In this document: piece by piece, positions 26,681 through 38,198 of the stretch | How the letters are laid out: each line of letters starts with the position of its first letter | Numbering within the stretch: the stretch's first letter is position 1 | Source of the DNA: Octopus bimaculoides | Taxonomy: Eukaryota | Length of the DNA: 45,510 bases | Reading direction: 5' to 3' | Assembly: GCF_001194135.2 (NCBI RefSeq) | Contig: NC_068986.1 | Span: forward strand, 88,631,157 to 88,676,666 | Made by a program: the position numbers and the translations under genes | The notes under the pieces: generated by a model | The model's input: the letters and a program-made list of their open reading frames with translations, nothing else | The model's database searches: none | What the model was told of the DNA's origin: nothing

Positions 26681-27156
26681 NNNNNNNNNNNNNNNNNNNN
26701 NNNNNNNNNNNNNNNNNNNNNNNNNNNNNNNNNNNNNNNNNNNNNNNNNNNNNNNNNNNNNNNNNNNNNNNNNNNNNNNNNNNNNNNNNNNNNNNNNNNN
26801 NNNNNNNNNNNNNNNNNNNNNNNNNNNNNNNNNNNNNNNNNNNNNNNNNNNNNNNNNNNNNNNNNNNNNNNNNNNNNNNNNNNNNNNNNNNNNNNNNNNN
26901 NNNNNNNNNNNNNNNNNNNNNNNNNNNNNNNNNNNNNNNNNNNNNNNNNNNNNNNNNNNNNNNNNNNNNNNNNNNNNNNNNNNNNNNNNNNNNNNNNNNN
27001 NNNNNNNNNNNNNNNNNNNNNNNNNNNNNNNNNNNNNNNNNNNNNNNNNNNNNNNNNNNNNNNNNNNNNNNNNNNNNNNNNNNNNNNNNNNNNNNNNNNN
27101 NNNNNNNNNNNNNNNNAAGTACATACCTATATTTATATGTATACATACAAGCATAT

Positions 27157-27440
27157 ATGGGTACAGGGTATCAAAAAACCGTTAAACACAATGAGAAAAG
27201 AATACATAAAAACGAAAACATAGAAAACGAACTTGTTTTCGAACAACGAAAAAACAAACAAACAGGGAAACGAGACATGCGACATAAAGAGTATGCCCCT
27301 TCGTCAGTTGTCCCTGTTTCATCTACTCCGCGTTTCGAAGGTAAGGACAATACGCGACTTCCTTGAAACAGTCCTTCCCGCAAAGCAAATTAAATAAAAT
27401 TTCGGATTTTTTGCGGAGAGTGAAAGTGTTAACAAAAACA
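27157..27440 (-). mobile_element. Interspersed repeat, possibly a Penelope-like terminal repeat
   Basis: CpG-rich block with minus-strand cgaaacgcg and ctgacga motifs reminiscent of PLE termini; family assignment is from recall only. Confidence 0.4.
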
Positions 27441-28109
27441 GGACAGTAAGAACAAAACAGTAAAAACAAATGGTGAGGGCTGTTGAGCCAGGACGATAGA
27501 AAAATTATTATGAACGCTAGGTTATATATATATATTTATATAATATAATTAAAATATGTGAATGATAATCTATTATTTTCTAAAACATTAACTTTTACTT
27601 TACAGTATTAACATGGCAGAAGAGTATGCAGAATTTATAGTTCTTTTATGGAAATTTATATTTTCTTTAATATTTTTTCGATGATGCGAATGTCATTCTT
27701 CGATCAAGCGAATGACCTGCATTCATGCACCTACGTATGTTTGTTTGTCTGTCTATCTGCCTGTCTGTTTGTCTGTATGTGTGTAGTGTAAGTATGTATG
27801 TATGGTCAAGTATACATATTTATACATGAAGCTATATCCATATATGTTCATGCATATCACATTTGTGTGTGTACAACACACACACACACAAACACACACA
27901 CATACACACACAAACACACACACAAGCACACACACAAACACAAACACACACATATGTATATCGAGAGAGCGTAAATATGTACACATATATATATTTTACA
28001 CATTCAAACGTAGGTACCTTTGTATACATGTATGTATGTTTATACACATCTTGGACAGAGAACGAATTTATATTGGGGAGATATTATAGTATGTCTTTGT
28101 GTTTCAATG

Positions 28110-28205
28110 TCCTATATGACTGCATGGTTAAAAAGTTTATTTTGCAGTCACATTGTTCTTTCTGGGTTCTAAGCCATTGCATGGCACCTTGGGCAAGTGT
28201 CTTCC
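28110..28205 (+). mobile_element. SINE 5' (tRNA-like) fragment, CpG-decayed
   Basis: gcatggcaccttgggcaagtgtcttc matches the head module seen at 42205-42354 (minus) and 42405 (plus). Confidence 0.6.
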
Positions 28206-28430
28206 TCCAAAGATGTACTTGCTAAATCTCACTAGGTGAGTAATGATGCAGAGATTGAAGAAATTGATTAAATTGATGACAGTACATCTTTTACTAATGG
28301 AATTTGTCGTTTATACCAAGTCAAAAAAATTAGTTAATAGTATATATGTTCCTTTTTAAGCAGTTTTGTATTAAATACAGTTTGATATCTTTTTTATTTC
28401 TTAATTCCCCTTTCTTTTCTATGTTTTTAG

Positions 28431-28465
28431 GCCCGTTTAGATATTCCTTTTGGAACTCATCATTC
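28431..28465 (+). CDS. TDP1: TDP1 coding exon, first detectable (ARLDIPFGTHH-S); contains catalytic His of the first HxK motif
   Basis: Pyrimidine tract tttcttttctatgtttttag acceptor and gtgagt donor; 35 bp, phase 0 to 2; matches human TDP1 AKLDIAFGTHHT (H263 equivalent CAT at 28461-28463). Confidence 0.95.
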
Positions 28466-28539
28466 GTGAGTATAATTAGTATTAATGAGCATTAATTAAT
28501 CTGTTCTTGTTTTTTTTTATTGTTATTATTGTCAACTAC

Positions 28540-28940
28540 AGGTTAGATCTTATTGAACAAGATTTATATGAAAAGCATTCCAATCATGATCATTTTGTCA
28601 TATTTGTAGACGCAATATGCTTAGGACCACATTATCAAATGTGTCCCTTTTAATTTTACAAAGGTAGTAGGTGTGATTTGAAGGAGAATTATCTACCTGC
28701 TATTTCTAGCAAAACGAATGCTTGCATGGGATCTGGCTCATTGCCCTGTTATTGTGGTTGTTCTTGAACCACAGGTCAGTCCTTATCAAGCAAACTTATC
28801 TATGATCTAAGGTTTTCCAGCTATGGCCATCCAATCTTATTTCCAAACACTGCATATGGGACCACATTATTCAGTATGTCCTTTTTATTTCTTAAAACAA
28901 TGGAATATTATTTGATGGAGATTTAACTGCTATTTCTCAC
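28540..28940 (+). repeat. Two tandem decayed copies of an interspersed repeat (ggaccacatta ... ctgctatttct)
   Basis: Motifs ggaccacattat and ctgctatttct recur about 230 bp apart; related pieces at 23298 and 44700-44790. Confidence 0.6.
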
Positions 28941-29384
28941 AAACATATACAGAATCTCTATTTAGTGAGGTGAGGTGAATGTATCATACAATGTAAATTG
29001 GAATATTGCCATGTTCCACACTTTAAGTATTTTACTGTCCTGCAAACTAACCAAATGCCAGTAACATGTCTTGATTGAAAGTTGTTTTGAAAATATTCTC
29101 CTATAAACTACCATACAAGGAAATAACATCCCTGTTGTCTTAAGATAACTTCAATAAAGAGAATTCTTATGCAAGCAATATTTTGAACCAGTTATAACCA
29201 GTATTTATACATCATATCAAATAACAATATTTAGATTTTCACATAATCAATCCCACTGCATCTCACCTTAGGCACATGTCTTTTACTGTAATCTCAGCAT
29301 AACCAATATCTTGTGGGTAAACTTGGTTGATGGAAAGTGTGTGGAAGTCTCATACATACATACATACATGCATGCATCTATACA

Positions 29385-29420
<36 letters not shown>

Positions 29421-29539
29421 TAGATGCATACATATGTACATACATTATACATACACATGAACATACATGCATACATATGTAGATGCGTACGTAGATAGAT
29501 AGATACATACATACATACATACATATGTATGTTTTTTGT

Positions 29540-29712
29540 GTTTGCTCCACACTTGACAACCAGTGTTGGTTTGCTTACATCCTCATAATCTAGCAGTTCA
29601 GCAAAAGTGACCAGCAGAATAAGTACCAGACTTAAAAATAAGTACTGGTGTTAAGTTCTTGTTTCAGTCGTTGGTCACAGTTCAATGATCAAAACAAGTA
29701 AAAGATAAAAGA
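29540..29712 (+). mobile_element. SINE 3' module, CpG-decayed
   Basis: Homologous to 7483-7637; preceded by a TA/CA microsatellite. Confidence 0.75.
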
Positions 29713-29931
29713 AGATATATGTTCTGTGTGTGTAAATGTGTTATGTGTATATACACACAAACCTTTCTGTATGTTTGTATAAAATGTCTTCTTTGATATT
29801 GGTTATTTTTTTAATACAGATTTAAGAGGATCTTGTGAATATTATTTATATAAACGATATTGAGTTTGTGAATAATGTTATGTTTCATAACTCTTTAGTA
29901 TAGTTTCTTAATTTTTTTTCTTCTTATATAG

Positions 29932-30024
29932 AAAGATGATGTTTCTTCTCTATGACAATGGTATGAGGGTTGTTATTCACACTGCTAACCTTATTCCTGG
30001 AGATTGGTACCAGAAGACTCAGGG
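29932..30024 (+). CDS. TDP1: TDP1 exon ([31 protein letters not shown])
   Basis: AG/GT flanks, 93 bp, phase 2-2; matches human [31 protein letters not shown]; K265 and N283 equivalents at 29933 and 29987. Confidence 0.97.
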
Positions 30025-31151
30025 GTATATATTTCTTCATAATATTTTTATGTAGGATTCCTTCTAACTTATTCTGATTTATAATAATACATTTACAGTA
30101 TTCTTGCATTTCTTCTTTTTCTTTTTACCACTTGTCACTTTCCTGAATTTTATGTCCATTTGTTCATGCATCATCATCATCATCCTTATTATTGTTGTTG
30201 TTGTTGGCATGTCATGACATTTTTTTGAGTTCCGTGAGTAGTTGTCGTTTTGTTGTGACAAATTTGTTGAACTCCTGTTTTCAATGTTGAATTCAGTTTC
30301 TGGGAAAGCTGCCCTCCTGGGAGCTAGTTTTTGTTGGAAAAAAAGCCCTCTTTAGAGAGTTAAATATGCGCTTTTTCTTTTTGAAAAATTACTTAGAAAA
30401 TTTTTGCAGAAAAAACATTGTCGACTGAATGAGGGAGTAAGAGCAAAAGGTTGAACAGCCAGTTCAACGATGACTTCCCCGCCTTCATCACCACTATTCT
30501 TCCTGCACATGAAAAGGAGGAAGAGAGGAAAGAAAGCAGGAGAGAAAGAATGACACTGTCACCACTACTACCAACATGAACAACAACAGCAACAAGCCAA
30601 GCGCCAATGGTTTCACCTTGGCAGTGAAACAAATTAAACAAGAAATTAATTTAACTTTAAATGAAATTAAAAATGCAAAAGGACTATGAAGGAAGGAAGG
30701 AAATAATGTCTTCCTAAACACCCCTCAAAATTTGATAAAGGGAAGTAACTGAAAAACTGTCACAGGATTTTAAATATAAAGAAGAAAAGGGTGGAACAAG
30801 CAATTCAACAACAATTGGAAATCGCACTGAAACCAATTTGGAACAAAAAGATATATAACAAGAGGAAAGTGCTTTGGCACTGTGGAGGTGCGTTTTGCAA
30901 TGGATTTGTGGCCCTGTATTCATCATCATTATTACAAGGGTGTTGGATTAGCAGATTAAGCTCTATTAGATCTACCATTAAAGAAACAGCACACTCCATG
31001 CAACAAACTGTCATACAATTGCTTTCCATCCGGTTGAGGTTAATAAAATAAAGGACCAGTCATGTACTTAGCTTGATGTAATTGACTGACCTCTTCTCCC
31101 AAATTGCTGGCCTCATTCTTAAATTAAAAACAGTTATTATTATCATTACTC

Positions 31152-31352
31152 AGGTGGTGGATTGGCAGAATCATTAGAGCATTAGATTGTATTCCTTGCC
31201 ATATTTGTTCCAGCTTTTTATGTTCTGAGTTCAAATTTGCTATCCTGTAGCAATCAATAAAATACAGAACCATTCTAAGTGCTAGTGTTGGTGCCATTGA
31301 CTAACTCCTTCTTTTGAAATTACTGGTCTTGTGCCTAAGTTAGAAACAATTG
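31152..31352 (+). mobile_element. SINE, internally deleted
   Basis: ggcagaatcattag, gttctgagttcaaatt and ggtcttgtgcctaagttagaaac motifs shared with the 31389 copy. Confidence 0.65.
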
Positions 31353-31388
31353 TTATTACGATTTATTATTATTCATATATTTTATGAA

Positions 31389-31607
31389 AGTGGTGAGCTG
31401 GTAGAATTATTAGCATGCTGGGAAAAATGCTTAGCATTTCATCCATCTTTATGTATGTTCTGAGTTCAAATTCCACCAAAGTCGACTTTGCCTTTCATCC
31501 TTTCAGGGTAAGTAAAATAAGTACCAGTTGAGCACTGAGGTCGATGTAATCAACTTACCCCCTCTCCCAAAATCGATGGCCATGTGCCAAAATTTGAAAC
31601 CATTATT
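31389..31607 (+). mobile_element. Full-length SINE ending 25 nt before a TDP1 acceptor
   Basis: Colinear with the copy at 33881-34097. Confidence 0.85.
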
Positions 31608-31632
31608 AATATATTTCATGTTTCCTGCTTAG

Positions 31633-31803
31633 GGTTTGGGTCAGTCCATTATTTCCAAAGCTCCGTGGTGGCGCCAACAAGAATGATGGACAGTCACCAA
31701 CAGCTTTCAAGAGAGACCTTATTCAGTATGTTGCTGCATATCGCAATCCCAGTCTGGCTACATGGGAGAAACATCTTCTAGAACATGACATGTCTAGTGC
31801 CAA
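31633..31803 (+). CDS. TDP1: TDP1 exon (VWVSPLFPKLRGGANKNDGQSPTAFKRDLIQYVAAYRNPSLATWEKHLLEHDMSSA-K)
   Basis: cttag acceptor, gtaagt donor, 171 bp, phase 2-2; aligns to human IWLSPLYP...SPTHFKADLISYLMAY...W...HDLS. Confidence 0.95.
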
Positions 31804-31997
31804 GTAAGTTGGAAATTCAGTTTTTTTATAGTTTTCTCCTTTTTTTTGCATGCACGTGTNNNNNNNNNNNNNNNNNNNNNNNNNNNNNNNNNNNNNNNNN
31901 NNNNNNNNNNNNNNNNNNNNNNNNNNNNNNNNNNNNNNNNNNNNNNNNNNNNNNNNNNNNNNNNNNNNNNNNNNNNNNNNNNNNNNNNNNNNNNNNN

Positions 31998-32066
<69 letters not shown>

Positions 32067-32734
32067 CTTGACATCATGTGTTAATTGTGGATAAATGTCA
32101 ATGTCACACAAGCAGTGTTGTTCAGTTGCAGTCTTCTGGCCAACATGCTGTTCATGTCTGAAAGACTAGAAGAGATGTTACCTTACTTAGGAACTTGAAG
32201 TTTGGCAACAGGAAGAGCATCTTGCCATAGAAAATCTACTTCATCAAATTTCATCTGTCTCATGCAAAGAAAGAAAAGTGGACCAATTCCTCTTTGACTA
32301 GTGGAAAAATGGCAGGAAGAAGGTGGAAGTCTTTTCTAAATGTTTGTCACAGGGGGTTCAATCTACTAAAGTCACTCAAGGTGGTGTTAAATGGGCCAAT
32401 AGATTAGCTCTATAAGCTCTATAGCCATTCAAGAACAAGCGCACTCCATCCAACAAGCTTCAGCACAATTTCCATCTGTTCTTTTTCACTCACATGGTTT
32501 GGGTTGACATAAGTCTATGGTAGAAGATAATTTACTCAGGATGCTGTGCAGTGAGATTGAACTCAGAATCACTTGAATGCAAAGTGAACTTCTTAACTAC
32601 ATGGCCATGATTGTACCCTTATTGATTCATTACAATGTCATACACCTGTAAAGGTCCCAGACTCTACACTTCCCTTTCTGACAGTATCCCCATAATTCTG
32701 TGAGTTATTTTTGTATTTTTGTTTTCCTTTGTAG

Positions 32735-32813
32735 AGTATATTTAATTGCTTCTGTACCTGGCAGACATTCAATGCTCCAGAAAAACGCTTGGGGTCATCT
32801 GAAGTTAAGAAAG
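32735..32813 (+). CDS. TDP1: TDP1 exon ([26 protein letters not shown])
   Basis: ttttcctttgtag acceptor, gtatga donor, 79 bp, phase 2 to 0; matches human VYLIGSTPGR...WGHFRLKK. Confidence 0.97.
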
Positions 32814-33880
32814 GTATGAGGATTAATAATAAGATTTAATGTTAAATATGATGATGATATTTGCATATTTTTATTATAGACTCAGTCGAGTACCAGACTA
32901 CTCAACACTAATTAACTTACAGTGCAACACTTCAGAAAACAATTAAAATATAGGGCACAGGATCAATCTTAATTTCTTTTCTTTCTTACAAAAGAAAAAT
33001 CTGACTGAAAATAATTATTCTATGGAAAAAAAAAATTATTAATTTAAGCGGTCAGCAAATATGGGAGACAACTCTGTACATATCTAGGCTCACGACCAAC
33101 TTCAACTATTTTTTTCCTTGCTACATAATTATTTGTAGGTAGTTTTTGTTTTTAAATGTTCCTTGACTTAATATGTTAATACTAATCTTGCTATCATTTT
33201 CATGTGGATAGTGTTTTTGAGTACTTTATTTTTTAAAACAATTCTAGTATTCTATGATCAACCAGTGTATATCATTACAGTGGTTCTGACAAATACTAAC
33301 AACTTCCCTGTCAACTATATTAGAGATTATTTTGCCACCTTCCCATTCTTTATTCATGAGAAGACAAAATCGAATTTGCATGCATGTAATACTTCTTTCT
33401 TCACCATGATGTTGGACAGGCTTGAAATGTTTAAAATGACCTAATTTAATTAAACACAGCAATTTATTCCTTTTGCAATTTTCACAATTTCCCCTACCAA
33501 GGAAGCCTGCACCTCCATCAGAGATACTGTGTTATCTTACATCTGCTTAGTGATCCACCTATCACTACTTCATCTAGTACAGGGAAGTCTATAATCTGCC
33601 AATGGTGGTTATGTTGTCAGAAACATGCCTGGAATTGTCAGCTGTATTCAACAAAAGAATTACAAATAAACATATTAGTTGATGAGCATTGATTGAATCA
33701 CTAGATTATCAGGTAAAATACCTTGCACTATTTTGTTGAGTTCAAATTCCTGAGTTCAAATTCCACCAAGGTCAATTTTGCCTTTCATCTTTCTGTGGTT
33801 AATCAAATAAACACCTGTTAAATATTAAGGTTGAAAATCCTATTTGAGTCACGTTTACCTTTTATCATTTGGAGTTTGAA

Positions 33881-34097
33881 AGGTCGTGAGCTGGGAGTAT
33901 CATTAGCATGCCGGGAAAAATGCTTAGCAGCATTTCGTTTATCTTTATCTTCTGAGTTCAAACTCCATCAAGGTCAACTTTGCTTTTCATCCTTTCAGGT
34001 TCAATAAAATAGTACCAGTTAAGCACTGGGTTTGATGTAATTGACTTATCCACTTCTCTGAAATTGCTGGCCATGTGCCGAAATTTAAAACCATTAT
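33881..34097 (+). mobile_element. Full-length SINE
   Basis: Colinear with 31389-31607. Confidence 0.85.
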
Positions 34098-34496
34098 TTG
34101 ATGTTTGATAAAATAAGTACTAGCGTAGAGCCAGAAATCCTATCAGGGCCCAAATCCTGCTGAGGTCACCATTGCTTTCCATCATATGGAGTTGGATAAA
34201 ATAATTTTCTGATCAAATACTAGAGCTGAAAATCTTGCAATGCCAGAAATCAGTATTATCATTTTTTCATAAAACAAAATTATTTCCTATTAACTTTTTA
34301 ATGTTCCTTGCATTAAATATCTTTTCTAAACTAATACAATGTCTTGCTTGAAGCAAAGGAATGGCAGGTGTCGTAGTTGGTGATGCAGCTACCTTGTTCC
34401 GATTCCAGCTGTGAACTTATTTCTTTTTGTTTGAAACTGAAGTTTATGATACCTAATATTATTTATTGATGTTTTTGTTTTTTTCTTTTTTCTCAG

Positions 34497-34679
34497 ATTT
34501 TATTAGAAAATGGTCCTGATAAACTAGAAGTTGGTTCTTGGCCTGTTGTTTGTCAGTTCTCTAGTATTGGTTCACTCGGGCCTACTGCAGATAAATGGTT
34601 GTGTGGAGAATTTCACCAGAGTTTGGCTGCCTGTCGTGCCAGTATATATTCCACATTGACACCTGATAAACTGAAATTG
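34497..34679 (+). CDS. TDP1: TDP1 exon (ILLENGPDKLEVGSWPVVCQFSSIGSLGPTADKWLCGEFHQSLAACRASIYSTLTPDKLKL)
   Basis: Long pyrimidine tract plus cag, gtgagc donor, 183 bp, phase 0-0; matches human SWPVVGQFSSVGSLG...KWLCSEF. Confidence 0.97.
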
Positions 34680-36299
34680 GTGAGCAAATATTTGACATAT
34701 TTATTTTTTTACAGTGTTTGTGTGTGTGTATGTGTTGTATGGAATGTATGTTGTGGTATTAATGTTTTGTGCCTGTGTGTGTTTATTACACTGTGTTGAG
34801 TGTATTATGTTTGCATATATATTGTGTGCATGTTTTATCTCTTAGTCAGAAGCAAAGGACTGTGCACATGACACCTGACAGGATCTCCAAGGCTGGTAGG
34901 AAGGAGGAAGGAAGCTACCCTTAAACTGTAAATTTGGCTTGTATGCTCGCAACAGAGTAAACCCTGTTAAAGGTACCAAGAGAGCAGATGATGGTATTAG
35001 ACTGGGAAACAGATTAAGACTATCACTCAAGGTTTAAATTCAGAATGCAAAATGCCTGAACAAGTGCCACAAGGCTCATGTCTGGTGCTCTAATGTTTCC
35101 ATGAGTTCATCACCTTAGACTGAATTTATTAACCCCAGAAAGATGAAAGGCAAAGTTTGCCTTGGCAGAATTTGAACTTACAACACAAAAAGCTGGAATA
35201 AATATTTTAAGGCATTTCCTTCAATATGCTAACGAGTCTGCTAATTCACCACCTGTGTTGTGTACTACCTGTGTTATATTCACTGTGTTTGCGTTGTTAG
35301 TGTTTGTAGTACATGTGTGTGTATGTGCTGCATTGTTTGTGTATTTGTGTGTTGGGTGTGAGAATGGTGTGTGCGTGTGTTGCATTCACTGTGTTGGGTT
35401 TATGAAAGATGTGTACATGTATGTTTATGAGTATATGAATATAGAAAGATGACATACTCTTCAACAAAGATATGGCATTGAATGCAAATCTTTCACTCAA
35501 TTAGTCGTACACCAGGCTAAGATTTGCTGTAAACTAACACCCCAAATCATTGCAAATTAACATTTAATTTTCTAATCTAATTTAATGTATTTCATCCTCA
35601 AAGTTTATCCAGAGTAATCTCCCTTGATAATCATAATCCTTCAGAATTTCAAGTAATCGGTTTCAACTTCAGTCTCGTCAGTGTTTGTTTCAAAGTAATC
35701 TCCCATGACAATCCCCACCCTCGCTCCTATAATCTTTAATCTAATTTATTTCATGTTGAAAGTCTAGTCAGTGTATTTTTTTTCAGACTTGGCCTCATTT
35801 GATAATTACCTGACATTCAGTTTCTATTGGCGTTAATCTATGTAGGATATGGTATGTGTAGGAGAAGCGGATTTTGATGTTTCAAGCAAAGCCTTTCAGT
35901 GGAGCAAAACAGGAATAAATCTAAGAATTAGCACTGTGCAAAATTAATTTGCTCTGTGTCACCGTAAAGATAAATATAATTATTGTATATTCAAGGAACA
36001 AAAATGAAATACAGCTTAATTCGTCTTTCCTATGGGATATGAACTTATCTTAGTTTATGAACTTTAAGAAGTTTTACTAATACAAACTACCATTAATTTC
36101 TTTGGACTTTAGATTTGATTCTTTAATCTTTGTTTATGCAAATTTTATCTACTTAACACCTCCTACGTATGCAAGCATGTTTGTGCGTCTGTATGTATGT
36201 ATATATCTATCTATGTATGTATGTGGGTATTTTGAAAATACCTCATGGAGTGATGGCTGTGTCCTGCATAGGTACAGGTTGCCCTTTGGCAAGGTATAG

Positions 36300-36500
36300 C
36301 ACCCATTCAGCCACCCTTCCAAGGATATGGTAAAGCCATGGAACTGCAGCATGGTGGATTGTGAAGAGGTAGTGGAGGAGTTCAACTGGGTCAATGGTGC
36401 TTCTTATACTGATGGTGAGCAGAGGAATTCTAGAAGATCAACGGTCAGGATCACCAAGTTCTATGAAGAGAGTAACAGCGACACATCCATAAGAGTGGTG
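36300..36500 (+). mobile_element. Possible decayed RTE-type LINE reverse-transcriptase fragment
   Basis: GC-richer island; EVVEEFN resembles the EVVDEFxYLGS segment of RTE reverse transcriptases; heavily frameshifted. Confidence 0.35.
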
Positions 36501-36894
36501 TCCATGGTTGTATAATCAGCTAATGAAAGATTTACTATGACTCAAGCTCTCAATTCAAATTCATAATAATGGAATTGGATGGCGACAGTCATGAGAATCC
36601 CCAAAAAGCAAAAAAAAAAAAAAAAAAATGTGTAAATTTCAAATAATATTATCTCTGATAACATAACATAATGGGAACATACAATTAGTGCTTAGAGGAC
36701 TTTCTGCCTAAGCTCTAACTTGAACTGCAACTAAAACTGGGATATTAAAGCTGCCTAATGAAGATTGGCTAAAGGCAGTGTTTCAGTTGAGCAAGTATGT
36801 GAATAATAGAATAAAAGAATAAACAAGCAAACAACGGAAATCAAGTCAGATTATGACATTTATATAATTAAACATTGACACAAAATGAGGGTGG

Positions 36895-37597
36895 AATAAG
36901 GCAGAATGTTAAACTGAAAGCATATTTTAATATAGATGTGCATAAGGAGGATTAAAAAGGATTTCTAACCGGCTTTCATTGCATGGCAAATTTTCAAGAA
37001 GAGAGAAAATGAAAATAATGTTTTTTACAAAAATATAAAAAATATATAAAAAAAATAAATATACCACAACATTATATTGTCTTTGAGTTTTTAAAGTTCA
37101 ATGGTAATCCATATAGATAATTGTTAGATAGATTAGGATGCATGGAATTAAGAATGGTGTTGTGTTTAATAAAGCCTGAGAGTTTATGTGTTAAACAGGA
37201 AGTGTGTGTAAGGGAAGACAATTCTGGCATGAGATCTCATATAGTGATAATTCAGTATAAAACCCACAGAATTGCCTTCCCTTACAGACACTTCCTGTTT
37301 TGACACAAACTTTCAGGCTTTATTAAACACAACACCATTCTTAATTCCATGCATCCTAATCTATCTAACAATTATCTATATGGATTACCATTGAACTTTA
37401 AAAACTCAAAGACAATATAATGTTGTGGTATACTTATTTTTTTATATATTTTTTATATTTTTGTAAAAAAACATTATTTTCATTTTCCCTCTTCTTGAAA
37501 ATTTGCCATGCAATGAAAACCGGTTAGAAATCCTTTTTAATCCTCCTTATGCACATCTATATTAAAATATGCTTTCAGTTTAGCATTCTGCCTTATT
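36895..37597. repeat. Long near-perfect inverted repeat (foldback): about 332 bp arms and a 40 bp spacer
   Basis: 36895-37226 is the reverse complement of 37267-37597, with about 10 substitutions and about 3 indels by hand alignment (about 96%). Confidence 0.97.
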
Positions 37598-37618
37598 ATT
37601 ATTATTATTTTTTATTTT

Positions 37619-37659
<41 letters not shown>

Positions 37660-37660
<1 letters not shown>

Positions 37661-38198
37661 TAAAATTCAGATAAGTTATCATTATCTATAAAAATAATGA
37701 TAAAGTGGCCAGCAAAGATAATCCAAATATGCAAAATATATAATAAAAAGTCAGGATACAATATGCACCGGTTTGCTTGAAAGAGGAGTTAAAACCCTCT
37801 AAGACCACACATCTCTCACTATATATAAATATGCATGGAGAATATAGCAAATACATTTCTCCAAAACAGTCCTCCCACTTGCAAAATACAAATAGGAGCA
37901 TAGATATCCTAGTATCATTTGATTTTGCTTCTTGTATCAAACCAACACTTAAAGCTCATCAGCTAGGCTTATTATGTAAACTATTTCAAAAAACGTATTT
38001 GCCCTCCCGTGTGTGTTGTTCATTTGAAGGCTCCATGACTTCCAAATGAACATTAGTGAGCAAGTATAAAGTTAAAATTCAAATAAGTTATAAAAATAAT
38101 GATAAAGTGGCCAGCAAATGTAATCCAAATATGCAAAATATATAAAAAGAAGTCAGAGTACAATATGCACCTGTTTGCTTGAAAGAGGAGTTAAAACC
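37660..38198 (+). repeat. Direct duplication of about 130 bp (37660-37796 and 38072-38198)
   Basis: Shared ataaaaataatgataaagtggccagcaaa...caatatgcacc.gtttgcttgaaagaggagttaaaacc. Confidence 0.9.

Noticed and set aside
28213-28235. ATG-starting mini-exon with a gtgagt donor 195 bp before the first TDP1 exon
   Set aside because: Ends in phase 2 while the next exon needs phase 0; the phase-0 frame ends in TAG.
29924-30109. Minus-strand 61 aa ORF
   Set aside because: Antisense shadow of the TDP1 exon at 29932-30024.
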